The notes: a model not told the origin generated them from the sequence alone. Counted from the stretch's first letter, positions 9,928 through 19,986 are shown. The stretch is 64,000 nucleotides of DNA from Arenicellales bacterium (GCA_963664525.1 OY761535.1:3129242-3193241); one strand, 5' to 3'. Numbers and translations: made by a program.

Positions 9928-11553
9928 ATGGTGAACAGCAGTGTAGAAATTCAAATGCAGGTCATGTGGAACCGGCTCATTTCGGTAGTTGAAGAACAAG
10001 CCATGACCTTGCTTCGTACCGCCTTTTCCACTTCTGTTCGCGAGGCTGGCGATCTTTCAGCGGGTGTGTATACCCCTGACGGGCGTATGCTGGCTCAAGC
10101 GATTACGGGTACACCCGGACATGTGAATACGATGTCAGAATCGGTTTTGCATTTTCTCAACGAGATTGAGAAAAACGAAATGTTCGAAGGCGACTGTTAC
10201 CTCACAAATGACCCCTGGAAAGGGACTGGACACCTGCACGACATTACGATGGTTGCCCCCACTTTCAAGGATGGCAAAATCGTGGCATTTTTCGCTTGCA
10301 CTGCACACGTTGTCGATATCGGCGGTCGGGGCTTTGGTGCCGACAGTCTATCGGTGTATGAAGAGGGACTGTTGATCCCAATTTTGAAATTTTCCGACCA
10401 AGGGCAAGTCAATCGTGATTTGATCAAGATTGTGCGAAACGCTGTGCGTGAGCCAGATAAAGTGATTGGTGATCTTTATTCGCTGGCTGCATGTAACGAA
10501 GTTGGACATCGTCGTTTGCTGGAAATGATGCGTGATGCTGGTTTAGACAGTCTGGATGCGCTGGGTGAATTTATTTTTTCCCGTTCACGTCGTGCAACCC
10601 AGGAACGAATATCAGCGTTGCTGCCAACTGGCAGCTGGCGAAACTCACTCGTTGTGGATGGCTATGATGAACCGATCAAGCTGGCTGTGAAGATTTCCCA
10701 TTCAGATGGGAAAGTGAATGTCGATTTCACAGGTACAGACCCGATCAGTCGCTTTGGCATAAACTGTCCGGTGAATTACTCCAAAGCATACGCCTGCTAT
10801 GCAATTAAGTGTGTTGTTGCGCCTGAAATACCAAATAATTTTGCATCTTTGGAACTGTTTGAAATTTACTCACCTGTCAACATACTCAATGCGAAACATC
10901 CAGCACCGGTGGCTTTACGACACGTTATGGGCCACATGATTCCTGATTTGCTCTTTGGTGCGCTGGCGAAAGCCTTGCCAGGTCAGATTCAGGCAGAAGG
11001 GGCCTCGGCACTTTGGAATGTTCATTTTTCAGTCCGTCCGGTCGATGGCAATGAAGGACAAAGTGCAGAAGTATTGATGTTCAATTCCGGTGGTGGCGGT
11101 GCCAGGCCGCAATTGGATGGAATGTCCGCGACAGCCTTTCCGTCCGGGGTTCAAACGATGCCGATCGAAGCTACAGAACATACCGGACCGATTGTAGTAT
11201 GGCGAAAGGAATTGCGCCCGGATAGCGGCGGTCTCGGAAGAACTCGCGGCGGTCTCGGACAGATTATCGAGATTGCACCAGCTAAGGGCTATGAGTTTGA
11301 TTTTTCTGCCATGTTTGATCGGGTGCACCACGCTGCCGCGGGTCGGGATGGAGGTGGCGCTGGCGCTGCCGGTGTTGTGCAGCTTGATGATGGCACCCGC
11401 CTTCGGCAAAAGGGCTGGCAACATGTCCCTGCAGGTAGTAGATTGATTCTCAAAGCGCCGGGTGGCGGTGGATTTGGACCGCCGCAAGAACGTTGTCCAA
11501 AAGCTGTCGAAAACGATTTGATTGCCGGTTACGTAAGCAAATCAGAAAACTAG
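9928..11553 (+). CDS. Hydantoinase B/oxoprolinase family protein (HyuB-like subunit)
   Basis: 541 aa: VMWNRLISVVEEQAMTLLRTAFSTSVREAGDLSAGVY..NDPW.GTGHLHD. This is the typical Hydantoinase_B N-terminus. The ATG directly follows the hyuA stop. Confidence 0.88.
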   Translation: MVNSSVEIQMQVMWNRLISVVEEQAMTLLRTAFSTSVREAGDLSAGVYTPDGRMLAQAITGTPGHVNTMSESVLHFLNEIEKNEMFEGDCYLTNDPWKGTGHLHDITMVAPTFKDGKIVAFFACTAHVVDIGGRGFGADSLSVYEEGLLIPILKFSDQGQVNRDLIKIVRNAVREPDKVIGDLYSLAACNEVGHRRLLEMMRDAGLDSLDALGEFIFSRSRRATQERISALLPTGSWRNSLVVDGYDEPIKLAVKISHSDGKVNVDFTGTDPISRFGINCPVNYSKAYACYAIKCVVAPEIPNNFASLELFEIYSPVNILNAKHPAPVALRHVMGHMIPDLLFGALAKALPGQIQAEGASALWNVHFSVRPVDGNEGQSAEVLMFNSGGGGARPQLDGMSATAFPSGVQTMPIEATEHTGPIVVWRKELRPDSGGLGRTRGGLGQIIEIAPAKGYEFDFSAMFDRVHHAAAGRDGGGAGAAGVVQLDDGTRLRQKGWQHVPAGSRLILKAPGGGGFGPPQERCPKAVENDLIAGYVSKSEN

Positions 11554-11606
11554 TGTCGAATATAGCATGTAGTGTTGGATAGGGCCGTCAAATTCTGATG
11601 TATGCA

Positions 11607-12542
11607 TCAAGTATTAGCAGTCTCCATTTGCCAATTCTTGATCCAAAATCGCCCGTTGCTACTCACAACAGACTTCGCTGCCGATCCCATTTCAAAGGCA
11701 ATTGTAGAAAGGTGATAGAGAGTCATCACCGCATCCTGTAGAATCTGATCGTTTTCCAGATCAATGACTTCAAGTTGCTGTGCCTTTGCTTCGTTGCGAT
11801 CGATTCGTCTACCGTGGCTTCCGTGTTGGTTGCCACCAAAGTGCCTCGCCACTTCTCTAGAAAGGGTTGCCGAGTCATTTTTTTCGGAAAACATGTGCTG
11901 CTCTAACCAACCTCGTATAAGCGTTTCACCATAGTCAATTGATTTTCTAGCTTCTTGAAGTAATGCGGGTCCAAAGGATCGTAATACCGGCACCCAAGCG
12001 TGAGCTAGGAGAGGATTCTCGGAAATTTGTTTTTTTGCTTCTTCGAATTGTTCGACAATGGAGTGCGCCGAAAAAGATCGAGCATTGATAATGAGTTGTG
12101 GGTCTGTTGGCCCCAACTGACTCTGACGACCCATCACGATTCTATCGCATCCCAGCGCAATCATCGTCCCTGCTGACATTGCATAGGTGGGAATCAGAAC
12201 GTCAATTGAGGAAAATTTACTTCGTAGATAATCTAGAATCGTCTGTGCAGACTCTGCCATACCGCCTGGTGTATGCAGAATCAAAAGGAGATTTTTACAG
12301 AAGTCATGACCATGAACTCCGGCCATAATGCCGTTAATGTCTTCCATGTTAATTGATGTGTAGAGCCCTGGGATATGAGGCTTTTGCAAAAAACTAGAAG
12401 CATAATACAAAACGTTGCGATCGTAGTGCTGTGCGATATGGTTTATCGATATCCGCATTTTCTCCGCGATATGCGTACCTCGTTGGCCCGGATCAACACG
12501 ATTTATTTCATCTTGAAGATCAGACCAACTTGGCATTTGCAT
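11607..12542 (-). CDS. SDH-family Clp-fold serine proteinase (ClpP/SppA-like)
   Basis: LLILHTPGGMAESAQTILDYLRSKF..LIPTYAMSAGTMIALGCDRIVMGRQSQLGPTDPQ is a ClpP/crotonase-fold serine-protease core with the nucleophile in AMSAG. The start is set at ATG 12542 (MQMPSWSDL..); the ORF track begins at TTG 12614. Confidence 0.7.
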   Translation of the reverse strand: MQMPSWSDLQDEINRVDPGQRGTHIAEKMRISINHIAQHYDRNVLYYASSFLQKPHIPGLYTSINMEDINGIMAGVHGHDFCKNLLLILHTPGGMAESAQTILDYLRSKFSSIDVLIPTYAMSAGTMIALGCDRIVMGRQSQLGPTDPQLIINARSFSAHSIVEQFEEAKKQISENPLLAHAWVPVLRSFGPALLQEARKSIDYGETLIRGWLEQHMFSEKNDSATLSREVARHFGGNQHGSHGRRIDRNEAKAQQLEVIDLENDQILQDAVMTLYHLSTIAFEMGSAAKSVVSSNGRFWIKNWQMETANT

Positions 12543-12744
12543 TACCTGTAATAACAAGTCCAATCGGATTATCCCAGCTGAATTTGGGGTGATTGAGTTT
12601 GTCCTGATCGGCAATGTCGGCTAAATCAGCAAGCCGGATGTATTCTTCGTACTGCTTAGCTGCTTTTCGGACAAGATCGGAAACTTCAGTTTCGCTGGGA
12701 TGAATTTTCACCTGCGAAGAATTTAAGTTCTCTTTGTCGTTCAT
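12520..12744 (-). CDS. Small hypothetical protein (74 aa) upstream of and overlapping the SDH protease gene
   Basis: A strong Shine-Dalgarno (GGAAGGA) lies 7 nt before the ATG. The 3' end overlaps the protease start by about 20 nt. No recognisable motif. Confidence 0.5.
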   Translation of the reverse strand: MNDKENLNSSQVKIHPSETEVSDLVRKAAKQYEEYIRLADLADIADQDKLNHPKFSWDNPIGLVITGNANAKLV

Positions 12745-13442
12745 ACAAATATCCTTCCGATTAAAATGGCTTGGTATGGTATCGAATCAAAAGCCCAATG
12801 CTTCCATTAAACTATAGGCAGAAGTCGATTTCAATCAAATTTGCGCTCATAAGCAGTGATGAACGAAAATTCGGTAAATTGACGCACGAACACCATTATC
12901 TTGGATTGAAGCGAATTACGAATTGAAGTTTTCGCAATTTGATTAAGTCTGAAAGGCGATAGCTATGTTTTTCTGGTTAGCACGCTGGATTTTTCAAATC
13001 AGCGACGCACGATTGATGGATCTCTTGATGAATGGAGTAGCAGACACATCGGATTATTTTATCAGTACAACTTTCCATGGGAAATTCGAATGAGTCAAAT
13101 CGAAACCATTCATAATGTTAGACTTACATGGCGAAGCAATTTCTATTGATCGGCTTTAACCGTATCTATCATTTGGTACGTGCTAACATTTTGCGTTGTC
13201 GCTTGAAATCAATTGGGTGATGGTGCGGCAGTAATGATGACACTGGGCTCCATACTACAGTACCTAGTTTCATTGGGAATCGTCTTCGCTTCAACACTTA
13301 GCGGATCATCGTCAACACTTGGTTGGCAGTCTGTTGATTTCGTGGCGGCCAATGCCCCAGATTTACACGGTAGATTGACTCGCAAAAGGACGTATAAATC
13401 AACGCGTTTTTCAATTTCTATCAGACATAGAGTTCGCAAATT

Positions 13443-14309
13443 ATGATTGCCAGTATGACCGGTTTCGCCCAGCGGACTGATAAAACCAATTGGGGTGAAA
13501 TAAACTGGAATCTTCGCTCATTGAATCACCGATCGCTCGACATCCATGTACAGCTCCCCGAAAAATTTCGGATCCTGGAAGCACAATGTCGTCGTAAACT
13601 TGTTGAAAGTTTCGATCGAGGAAGAGTCGACGCAAGCCTTACATTTACCCGGACTGAATCAGATTCGGACGCCTCGCTCCTTGATGACACAGTACTCCAA
13701 TCTTTGATTGCTTATGCCAGCAGCGTTCAACAGCATATGCCCGGTATCCGCGCGTTATCGGTTGCAGAAGTTCTCAGGTGGCCAGGCGTCATGCAAGCCG
13801 ATGCAAATCCTGAGCAGGAATTGACGGAGATTATTCTTCAATCACTGGGTGAAACCATCAATGATTTAGAACACGATCGCGCGAGGGAAGGCAAATTGGT
13901 CAAAGAAATTGTTGTTGAAAAGCTTGAACAATTCAAGGCCAGTTTAAGTGATGCAAGAAAATTAGTCCCCCAAGCGCAGCAGAGTCTTCACGATCGAATG
14001 GCGGAAAAGCTCGCAGAACTGAACATCGAAGTTGACCCAGGACGATGGGAGCAGGAAATTGGTTTGACCTTGGTAAAACTCGATGTAGCTGAGGAAGTCG
14101 ACAGGATCGACCTGCATGTTGCAGAATTTGAGCGCGCATTATCACAAGAATCTGTGGTCGGCAAGCGTTTGGGGTTTATTTTGCAGGAACTAGGCCGCGA
14201 AGTGAATACCCTGGGTTCCAAAACCATGCACTATCCCTTAAATGCCCTGGCCGTTGAGATGAAAGTTTCGCTTGAACAAATCCGGGAGCAAATTCAAAAT
14301 GTCGAATAA
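13443..14309 (+). CDS. yicC: YicC-family stress-induced protein
   Basis: MIASMTGFA...W..NHRSLDI. N-terminus and C-terminal GKRLGFILQELGREVNTLGSK motif are typical of YicC. The yicC-gmk neighbourhood is conserved. Confidence 0.9.
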   Translation: MIASMTGFAQRTDKTNWGEINWNLRSLNHRSLDIHVQLPEKFRILEAQCRRKLVESFDRGRVDASLTFTRTESDSDASLLDDTVLQSLIAYASSVQQHMPGIRALSVAEVLRWPGVMQADANPEQELTEIILQSLGETINDLEHDRAREGKLVKEIVVEKLEQFKASLSDARKLVPQAQQSLHDRMAEKLAELNIEVDPGRWEQEIGLTLVKLDVAEEVDRIDLHVAEFERALSQESVVGKRLGFILQELGREVNTLGSKTMHYPLNALAVEMKVSLEQIREQIQNVE

Positions 14310-14330
14310 AGCTGCTAATGGGTCGACATC

Positions 14331-14963
14331 TTGATTGAACGACACGTGTCGAAAACCCAAGCCATTGTTCTGGTCATTGCCGCAGCTTCTGGCACCGGAA
14401 AGTCGACTCTGACGCGAGCTTTGGTGGAAAGCGAAAAAAATGCGGTGCTTTCCATTTCACACACCACACGAGAGTTGAGAAACAAAGAAGTTGACGGTCA
14501 GGATTATTTTTTTGTCTCTGAGCAGTCCTTTCTGAAGATGGTCGAAGTTGGAAGCTTCGTAGAATACGCAAAAGTTTATGGCCACTACTATGGAACTTCA
14601 CGCAAGACTATTGAAGACTGTCTGAATTCAGGCTTGAGTGTTGTTTTGGATATCGATTGGCAAGGAGCAAACCAGATTGCCAGACAATTCGATTGCGCAC
14701 AACTGGTTTTTTTGTTGCCGCCATCGATCTCAGCTTTAAAGAAACGGCTGGTCAATCGAAAACGCGATTCCGATGCTGTGATTCAAAAAAGGTTGCAACT
14801 GGCAATCGATGACATGAAACACTGCCACGAGTTTGACCATATTATTTTGAACGACGACTTTAATTCAGCGCTCAAAGATCTTCAATCACTACTTCACGGC
14901 AATCGCGACAAGATTCGTTCATTGCCCGAAAATCTATTCGATAAGTTAGGTATTACTACCTGA
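14331..14963 (+). CDS. gmk: Guanylate kinase
   Basis: P-loop AASGTGKSTL, SHTTRELRNKEVDGQDYFFVS and YGTS motifs. TTG start. Confidence 0.92.
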   Translation: MIERHVSKTQAIVLVIAAASGTGKSTLTRALVESEKNAVLSISHTTRELRNKEVDGQDYFFVSEQSFLKMVEVGSFVEYAKVYGHYYGTSRKTIEDCLNSGLSVVLDIDWQGANQIARQFDCAQLVFLLPPSISALKKRLVNRKRDSDAVIQKRLQLAIDDMKHCHEFDHIILNDDFNSALKDLQSLLHGNRDKIRSLPENLFDKLGITT

Positions 14964-15145
14964 ATCATCCGGCGGGTATTTGCACCGCAAGCCTGCTTCA
15001 TGCATTTGAAGACCCTCTGCTCAGCACAAATTTAATGAGCGAATCACCCAATCTATACAAAATTTAATGTTTCTGAAATACTTCGGCAAGATTCATTTAT
15101 TTAGAATAGGCACATCAACAAATTAATAGTTAGAGGTAATCCTAC

Positions 15146-16708
15146 ATGGAAAATTTGCACATTAATCAGAAATTGCGCTTAGGCAAAATTTCGTTGTTTG
15201 CGACCATTGCTGTGGCATTTGTTGCAAGTGCCTTGTTTTTGCAAACCGAATCGATCGTTCACGCTGAGGATACATCAAAGCCCGTGAGTGCTGACCTGGG
15301 TGCGATCACTGTGAACAGTGGTTTTGCTGAAATGATTGAAGCAGTTACGCCAGCTGTGGTTTCACTGATGGTAACCAAAAAAACGCCAGCGACCTATGGC
15401 CGACAAAATCCTGGTTCGGATTTATTCAAGGATTTTCGTTGGGACGGCCCCGGGCAGCCGCCGAAATGGTTTTGGGACTTTTTTCAAAACAATCCCTTTC
15501 GCAATGGACCTCCGGGCAATGTTCCACGCAAGTTCTCTGGCGTTGGGGCCGGTGTCATATTTGATCCAAATGGTTTGATTGTTACCAATCAACATGTCAT
15601 CGAGCATGCGGCTGAAATACGAGTAAGTTTGCACGATGGACAAGTTTTTAATGCGCAAGTGATTGGAGTCGACAAGTGGACAGACCTTGCAGTATTGCAG
15701 ATTGAAAGTGATAAGCCAATGCCTTATGCGGCGTTTGGTGACACCGAACAGGTTCGAGTCGGTGACTGGGCTATTGCAATCGGTGACCCTTTTGGTCTGA
15801 GTAAGTCTGTTTCACTGGGTATTGTCTCTGCAATGGATCGCAACCTCAATGAAGATTCCCCCAAGGTACCTCTGTTGCAAATCGATGCCGCTGTCAATCG
15901 CGGAAATTCAGGTGGGCCACTGTTTAACTCAGCCGGCGAGGTCATTGGAATCAATACCATGATCATCTCGCCAAGTGGCGCATCAGCCGGGGTAGGATTT
16001 GCTGTTCCTTCATCCGTTGTTGAAGACATAGTTGACGCGATCGAAAGTGAAGGTCAGGTAACTCGGGGATGGCTTGGTGTCGGTATTCAAAGCGTTACAC
16101 CACAAATCGCCGGAGCACTGGATTTGAATGCTGAAACAGCGCACGGTGCTTTGGTTGCCAGTGTCGATCCTGGAAGTCCAGCGGACAATGCGGGAGTTAC
16201 AGTGGGCGACATCATTGTTGAGTTTGATGGCAAAAAGGTCGAAGATATTCGATCACTGTCAAAACTGGTCAAATTGACCACCCCCGGTTCAGAAGTTGCA
16301 ATCCTGGTCCTGCGTGACGGAAAAGAAATGGAGCTTCGAGGCACAGTCGAAACACTGATGTATGCAGATGCTGGAAATGAAGTCGAAGCGGTTCCTACCG
16401 AAGACCAAAACGAGGGCATGATCGGAGCTTCTGTTGCAACACTGACGCCCACAGAAAGAGAAAAATATCAAATCGCTCCATCAGTCAATGGCGTTGTCGT
16501 GACGGGTGTTCAAACTGACAGTCCGGCAGAAAAGGCAGGACTCAAAGAAGGCGATATCATCGTATCGATTAACAACAAATCAGTAAATTCCTCCCAGGAA
16601 GCCAGTGATGCTATTCAATCGGCAGCGGGAGCTGGAAATTCCAGCGCACTGTTGCTGGTTGCTGATGGTAAAGGCGAACAATTGTTCGTTGTTGTTGCAC
16701 TGTCTTGA
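15146..16708 (+). CDS. Periplasmic serine endoprotease, DegP/DegQ/HtrA family (two PDZ domains)
   Basis: Signal/anchor, catalytic triad context (TNQHVI, DLAVLQI, GNSGGPLF) and two PDZ-like segments (GALVASVDPGSPADNAG.., GVVVTGVQTDSPAEKAGL..). Confidence 0.92.
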   Translation: MENLHINQKLRLGKISLFATIAVAFVASALFLQTESIVHAEDTSKPVSADLGAITVNSGFAEMIEAVTPAVVSLMVTKKTPATYGRQNPGSDLFKDFRWDGPGQPPKWFWDFFQNNPFRNGPPGNVPRKFSGVGAGVIFDPNGLIVTNQHVIEHAAEIRVSLHDGQVFNAQVIGVDKWTDLAVLQIESDKPMPYAAFGDTEQVRVGDWAIAIGDPFGLSKSVSLGIVSAMDRNLNEDSPKVPLLQIDAAVNRGNSGGPLFNSAGEVIGINTMIISPSGASAGVGFAVPSSVVEDIVDAIESEGQVTRGWLGVGIQSVTPQIAGALDLNAETAHGALVASVDPGSPADNAGVTVGDIIVEFDGKKVEDIRSLSKLVKLTTPGSEVAILVLRDGKEMELRGTVETLMYADAGNEVEAVPTEDQNEGMIGASVATLTPTEREKYQIAPSVNGVVVTGVQTDSPAEKAGLKEGDIIVSINNKSVNSSQEASDAIQSAAGAGNSSALLLVADGKGEQLFVVVALS

Positions 16709-16749
16709 TCATTCGAAATCCTCCTCCTAAATCAGAGTGATCCAAGTTT

Positions 16750-16783
16750 GCCGGGTGTCTTCGTGATACCCGGCTATTTTTAT
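16750..16783 (+). terminator. Rho-independent terminator after the HtrA-family gene
   Basis: GCCGGGT (16750-16756) pairs with ACCCGGC (16768-16774) across an 11-nt loop. TATTTTTAT follows. Confidence 0.75.
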
Positions 16784-16857
16784 GGTCTGAAAGTACAATT
16801 TCAGTATGATTAAAGGAAGACTGAACAAGTACACGGTTGAATCAAACAAGGTGCTTC

Positions 16858-17544
16858 ATGCGAATACTGGTTGTTGAAGATGACGAACACACCCGGCGAT
16901 TTATTGTCAAGGGGTTGAAAGAATCCGGGCACCTGGCCGAAGAGGCTGAAACAGGGATTGATGGACTGCATCGAGCACGCACTGAGGAGTTCGATGCCTT
17001 GATCGTTGATCGTATGTTGCCCCAACTGGGTGGTCTTGAACTGGTTCGTCAACTACGAGAGGACAATGTTGTAACGCCTATACTCATCCTGAGTGCATTG
17101 GGCGAAGTAAACCAGCGAGTTGAAGGCCTCAAATCCGGTAGTGACGATTACCTGCAAAAACCTTTCTCGTTTGCCGAATTGTTGGCTCGAATTGAATCCA
17201 TCGTTCGGCGGGTGAATAAAAAGGAGATTGAAACGCGATTGATGGTTGGCGAATTGCACATGGATCTCATTAAAAGAGAAGTCCGCATGCGAGGCAAAAA
17301 GATTGACATCAGGCCGATTGAATTTAGAATTCTTGAAGTATTGATGCGCTCCAGTGGTCAGTTGGTTACCCGCACGATGCTTTTGGAAAGAGTCTGGAAT
17401 TACAGTTTTGATCCGCAGACCAACGTCGTTGATACGCATATTTCCCGGCTAAGATCCAAAATTGATGTCCCATTTGAGTATCCCCTGATCCATACGATTC
17501 GCGGCTCTGGCTATCGAATGAGTCCGCCAAACGAAGACGAATGA
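16858..17544 (+). CDS. OmpR-family two-component response regulator
   Basis: MRILVVEDDE receiver domain (D..DRMLP) and a winged-helix C-terminus (VDTHISRLRSKI..IHTIRGSGYRM). Confidence 0.92.
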   Translation: MRILVVEDDEHTRRFIVKGLKESGHLAEEAETGIDGLHRARTEEFDALIVDRMLPQLGGLELVRQLREDNVVTPILILSALGEVNQRVEGLKSGSDDYLQKPFSFAELLARIESIVRRVNKKEIETRLMVGELHMDLIKREVRMRGKKIDIRPIEFRILEVLMRSSGQLVTRTMLLERVWNYSFDPQTNVVDTHISRLRSKIDVPFEYPLIHTIRGSGYRMSPPNEDE

Positions 17545-17566
17545 CACCACCAAAATTGAACTTGTA

Positions 17567-19030
17567 ATGTTCAGGGGGCGTCAAGTAGCACGTTTCCTTC
17601 CAAATATTTTCAGACGTTACACATTTGTTTTGTCTGTGATTTATGCATCTTTATTTTGTGCATCGATCATCGTGGTTCTTACGATTTTGTATTTTTCGTC
17701 GTTTCAGTTTTTACGCGAGCAGACTGATCAGCGTATTGATGAAGATGTATTCAGAATAGTTGCCGGAACGGATTGGCCGAGTACCGGAACAGTTAATACT
17801 CGCGAAATAAAAGACTACCTGGATAATCGCAGGCGTATTCATTCAAGAAGCGATCCGTCGGTTTACCTGCTGGTTGATCAGAACAATCGTTTCGTTGCTG
17901 GAAATCTACACCGGTGGCCATCCGAACTCTTGCATGTCGATGGACAGCGTCTGGAGTTTATCTCGCAAGTCTACCATGAGGATGACACCATCGTTAACCA
18001 CCCGATCCGCGCCGTTGTTGTTGTGGTGGCCAATACCGGGTTCAAATTACTGGTTGGACGCGACATTTTGGAAATTGAAGCTCTCAAGCGAGGTTATTTG
18101 CGTTTATTGTGGTGGAGCGTCGTGGCAACGTTTCTGTTGGCGATTCTCGGTGCTTACTGGGTATCAAAAATAGCTTCGAATCGTCTGAAAAAAGTCAATG
18201 CCCTCAGTCGCACCGTGATGGAAGGTGACCTCACGCAGCGGATTGAAATCAACGCCAGCGGTGATCAATTTGATGATCTGTCTGACAATATCAACCAGAT
18301 GCTCGAAAGAATTCAAACGCTGGTTGAAGCGATTCGCAGTGTTTCAAACAATATCGCCCATGATTTAAGAACACCATTGACGCGTTTGCGAAACAATTTG
18401 GATGAACTGGCACGAAGTTTGGCAGATCGTTCAGATTTCGAGCTTGCACAAGCGCGCGAGGCAACCGAAAAGTCAATTTATGAAGCCGATTCACTATTGC
18501 GTACATTCGAAGCCGTGCTCAGAATTGCGAGACTCGAAAACAGCCCCGATAGTGCTAGCATAGACGAGGTGTCGGCAACCGAACTGATCGAAGAGTTGAC
18601 CGAGCTATATGGACCGATCGCTGAAGAAAGATCGATTACCCTCAATACTCTCGTCGACCCGCATTCGACACGAATTCTTGTGGATCGGGATGCGCTTTCC
18701 CAGGCTCTGGCTAATTTGCTTGATAATGCCTTAAAGTACACGCCAGAAGGTGGCACCATCTCTGTTCAAGGTCAGTACCTGGAACATCAGTTTGAAATTG
18801 CCGTTTCGGATGGTGGCCCGGGAATACCGACTGAGTATCATCAGGAAGTGATGAAGCGATTTGTCCGTCTGGGCGATGCCAGTCGAACAACTCCCGGAAA
18901 CGGCTTGGGTCTGAGTTTGGTTGCTGCGGTTGCGCGTATGCACAAACTCGAAGTTGTACTGGAAAATACCACTCCAGGTCTGACCGTGCGACTAAAAAAA
19001 TTCAAGACTGTTGATCCGAAAGTCGGGTGA
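17567..19030 (+). CDS. Sensor histidine kinase (2 TM, HAMP, HisKA, HATPase_c)
   Basis: H-box SNNIAHDLRTPLTRL, N-box LLDNALKYTP and G-box GNGLGLSLV. It follows the regulator by 22 nt. Confidence 0.9.
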   Translation: MFRGRQVARFLPNIFRRYTFVLSVIYASLFCASIIVVLTILYFSSFQFLREQTDQRIDEDVFRIVAGTDWPSTGTVNTREIKDYLDNRRRIHSRSDPSVYLLVDQNNRFVAGNLHRWPSELLHVDGQRLEFISQVYHEDDTIVNHPIRAVVVVVANTGFKLLVGRDILEIEALKRGYLRLLWWSVVATFLLAILGAYWVSKIASNRLKKVNALSRTVMEGDLTQRIEINASGDQFDDLSDNINQMLERIQTLVEAIRSVSNNIAHDLRTPLTRLRNNLDELARSLADRSDFELAQAREATEKSIYEADSLLRTFEAVLRIARLENSPDSASIDEVSATELIEELTELYGPIAEERSITLNTLVDPHSTRILVDRDALSQALANLLDNALKYTPEGGTISVQGQYLEHQFEIAVSDGGPGIPTEYHQEVMKRFVRLGDASRTTPGNGLGLSLVAAVARMHKLEVVLENTTPGLTVRLKKFKTVDPKVG

Positions 19031-19561
19031 GAATCTACTCCTGCCTAAATTAGTCGCTTCCAACTGGCTATGAAAGTTGCTGTAGAAAAATCTGTATTTC
19101 AAGATTCGAATCAGTGCTTTATCAAATCCAATCCCGATCATTTGGCTTGACTTTATTGGCGAGCCTGTTTGAGTGAACTCAATGCTCTCAAACCTGGCAA
19201 CATACACTGCTATGGCGGAAGGCACGGAATGCGCGTGGAGCACTTTCTTCAAATCGCGTTTGTTTCAGCTTCTTTGATTACCGATGCCAATCTCAGCTTG
19301 GGTGAACACAAACTTCGGCACAATTCTTTTGTGTGCGCCGCTGGCGGCTGCGAATGCCTACCGTTCCAACCCCTGCAAATTTCGACGAAGCAACTGTGGA
19401 TTACTGATGGCTAACGGGCTTTCTCAAACACCTACGAGACAGTCTCAGTACTGAATTGTCGCATCCTGACTTACACGCCGATATGATGGCATAATGATTC
19501 CCCGAAGTGAAGTGTGGGCAAATGAAAGGTCTGGAACAGTTAATTCAACTAACGGAGTAGC

Positions 19562-19957
19562 ATGATGGCGGAAGAAAAATCTGATCGCAAGGAAGAGAAA
19601 ACATTCGACCAGGAGATGATTGAACGAAGATTGTCGCAAGAGCTACCCAATTGGTACTATGAAAGCGGCTGGATTTGTCGCAAGTATCGTACCATGGGCT
19701 GGAAAGGAACATTGATGGTGATTAATGCAGTTGGACATCTTGCCGAAGCAGCTTGGCATCACCCCGATATTTCTGCATCCTACGCCTTCGTCATCGTGAA
19801 ACTGATGAATCATGCTGCAAAAGGTGTAACCGAAAAGGATTTCGAACTCGCAAAAAAGATAGAAGAGGTTGTGCACTGGCAGCCGGGGCTCGAAGGTGGC
19901 GCACTGGAAGGGACGCCGACCGACCAACGTTTCCGTTACATTCGCTACGACAGCTGA
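19562..19957 (+). CDS. Pterin-4-alpha-carbinolamine dehydratase (PCD/DCoH, COG2154) family protein
   Basis: LPNWYYE..L.RKY....W....INAVGHLAEAAWHHPDI...Y..V.V.L.NH is the PCD signature, including HHPD. Confidence 0.8.
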   Translation: MMAEEKSDRKEEKTFDQEMIERRLSQELPNWYYESGWICRKYRTMGWKGTLMVINAVGHLAEAAWHHPDISASYAFVIVKLMNHAAKGVTEKDFELAKKIEEVVHWQPGLEGGALEGTPTDQRFRYIRYDS

Positions 19958-19986
19958 TCCCAACCCGTGTGTGAGTTTGCTGATTG

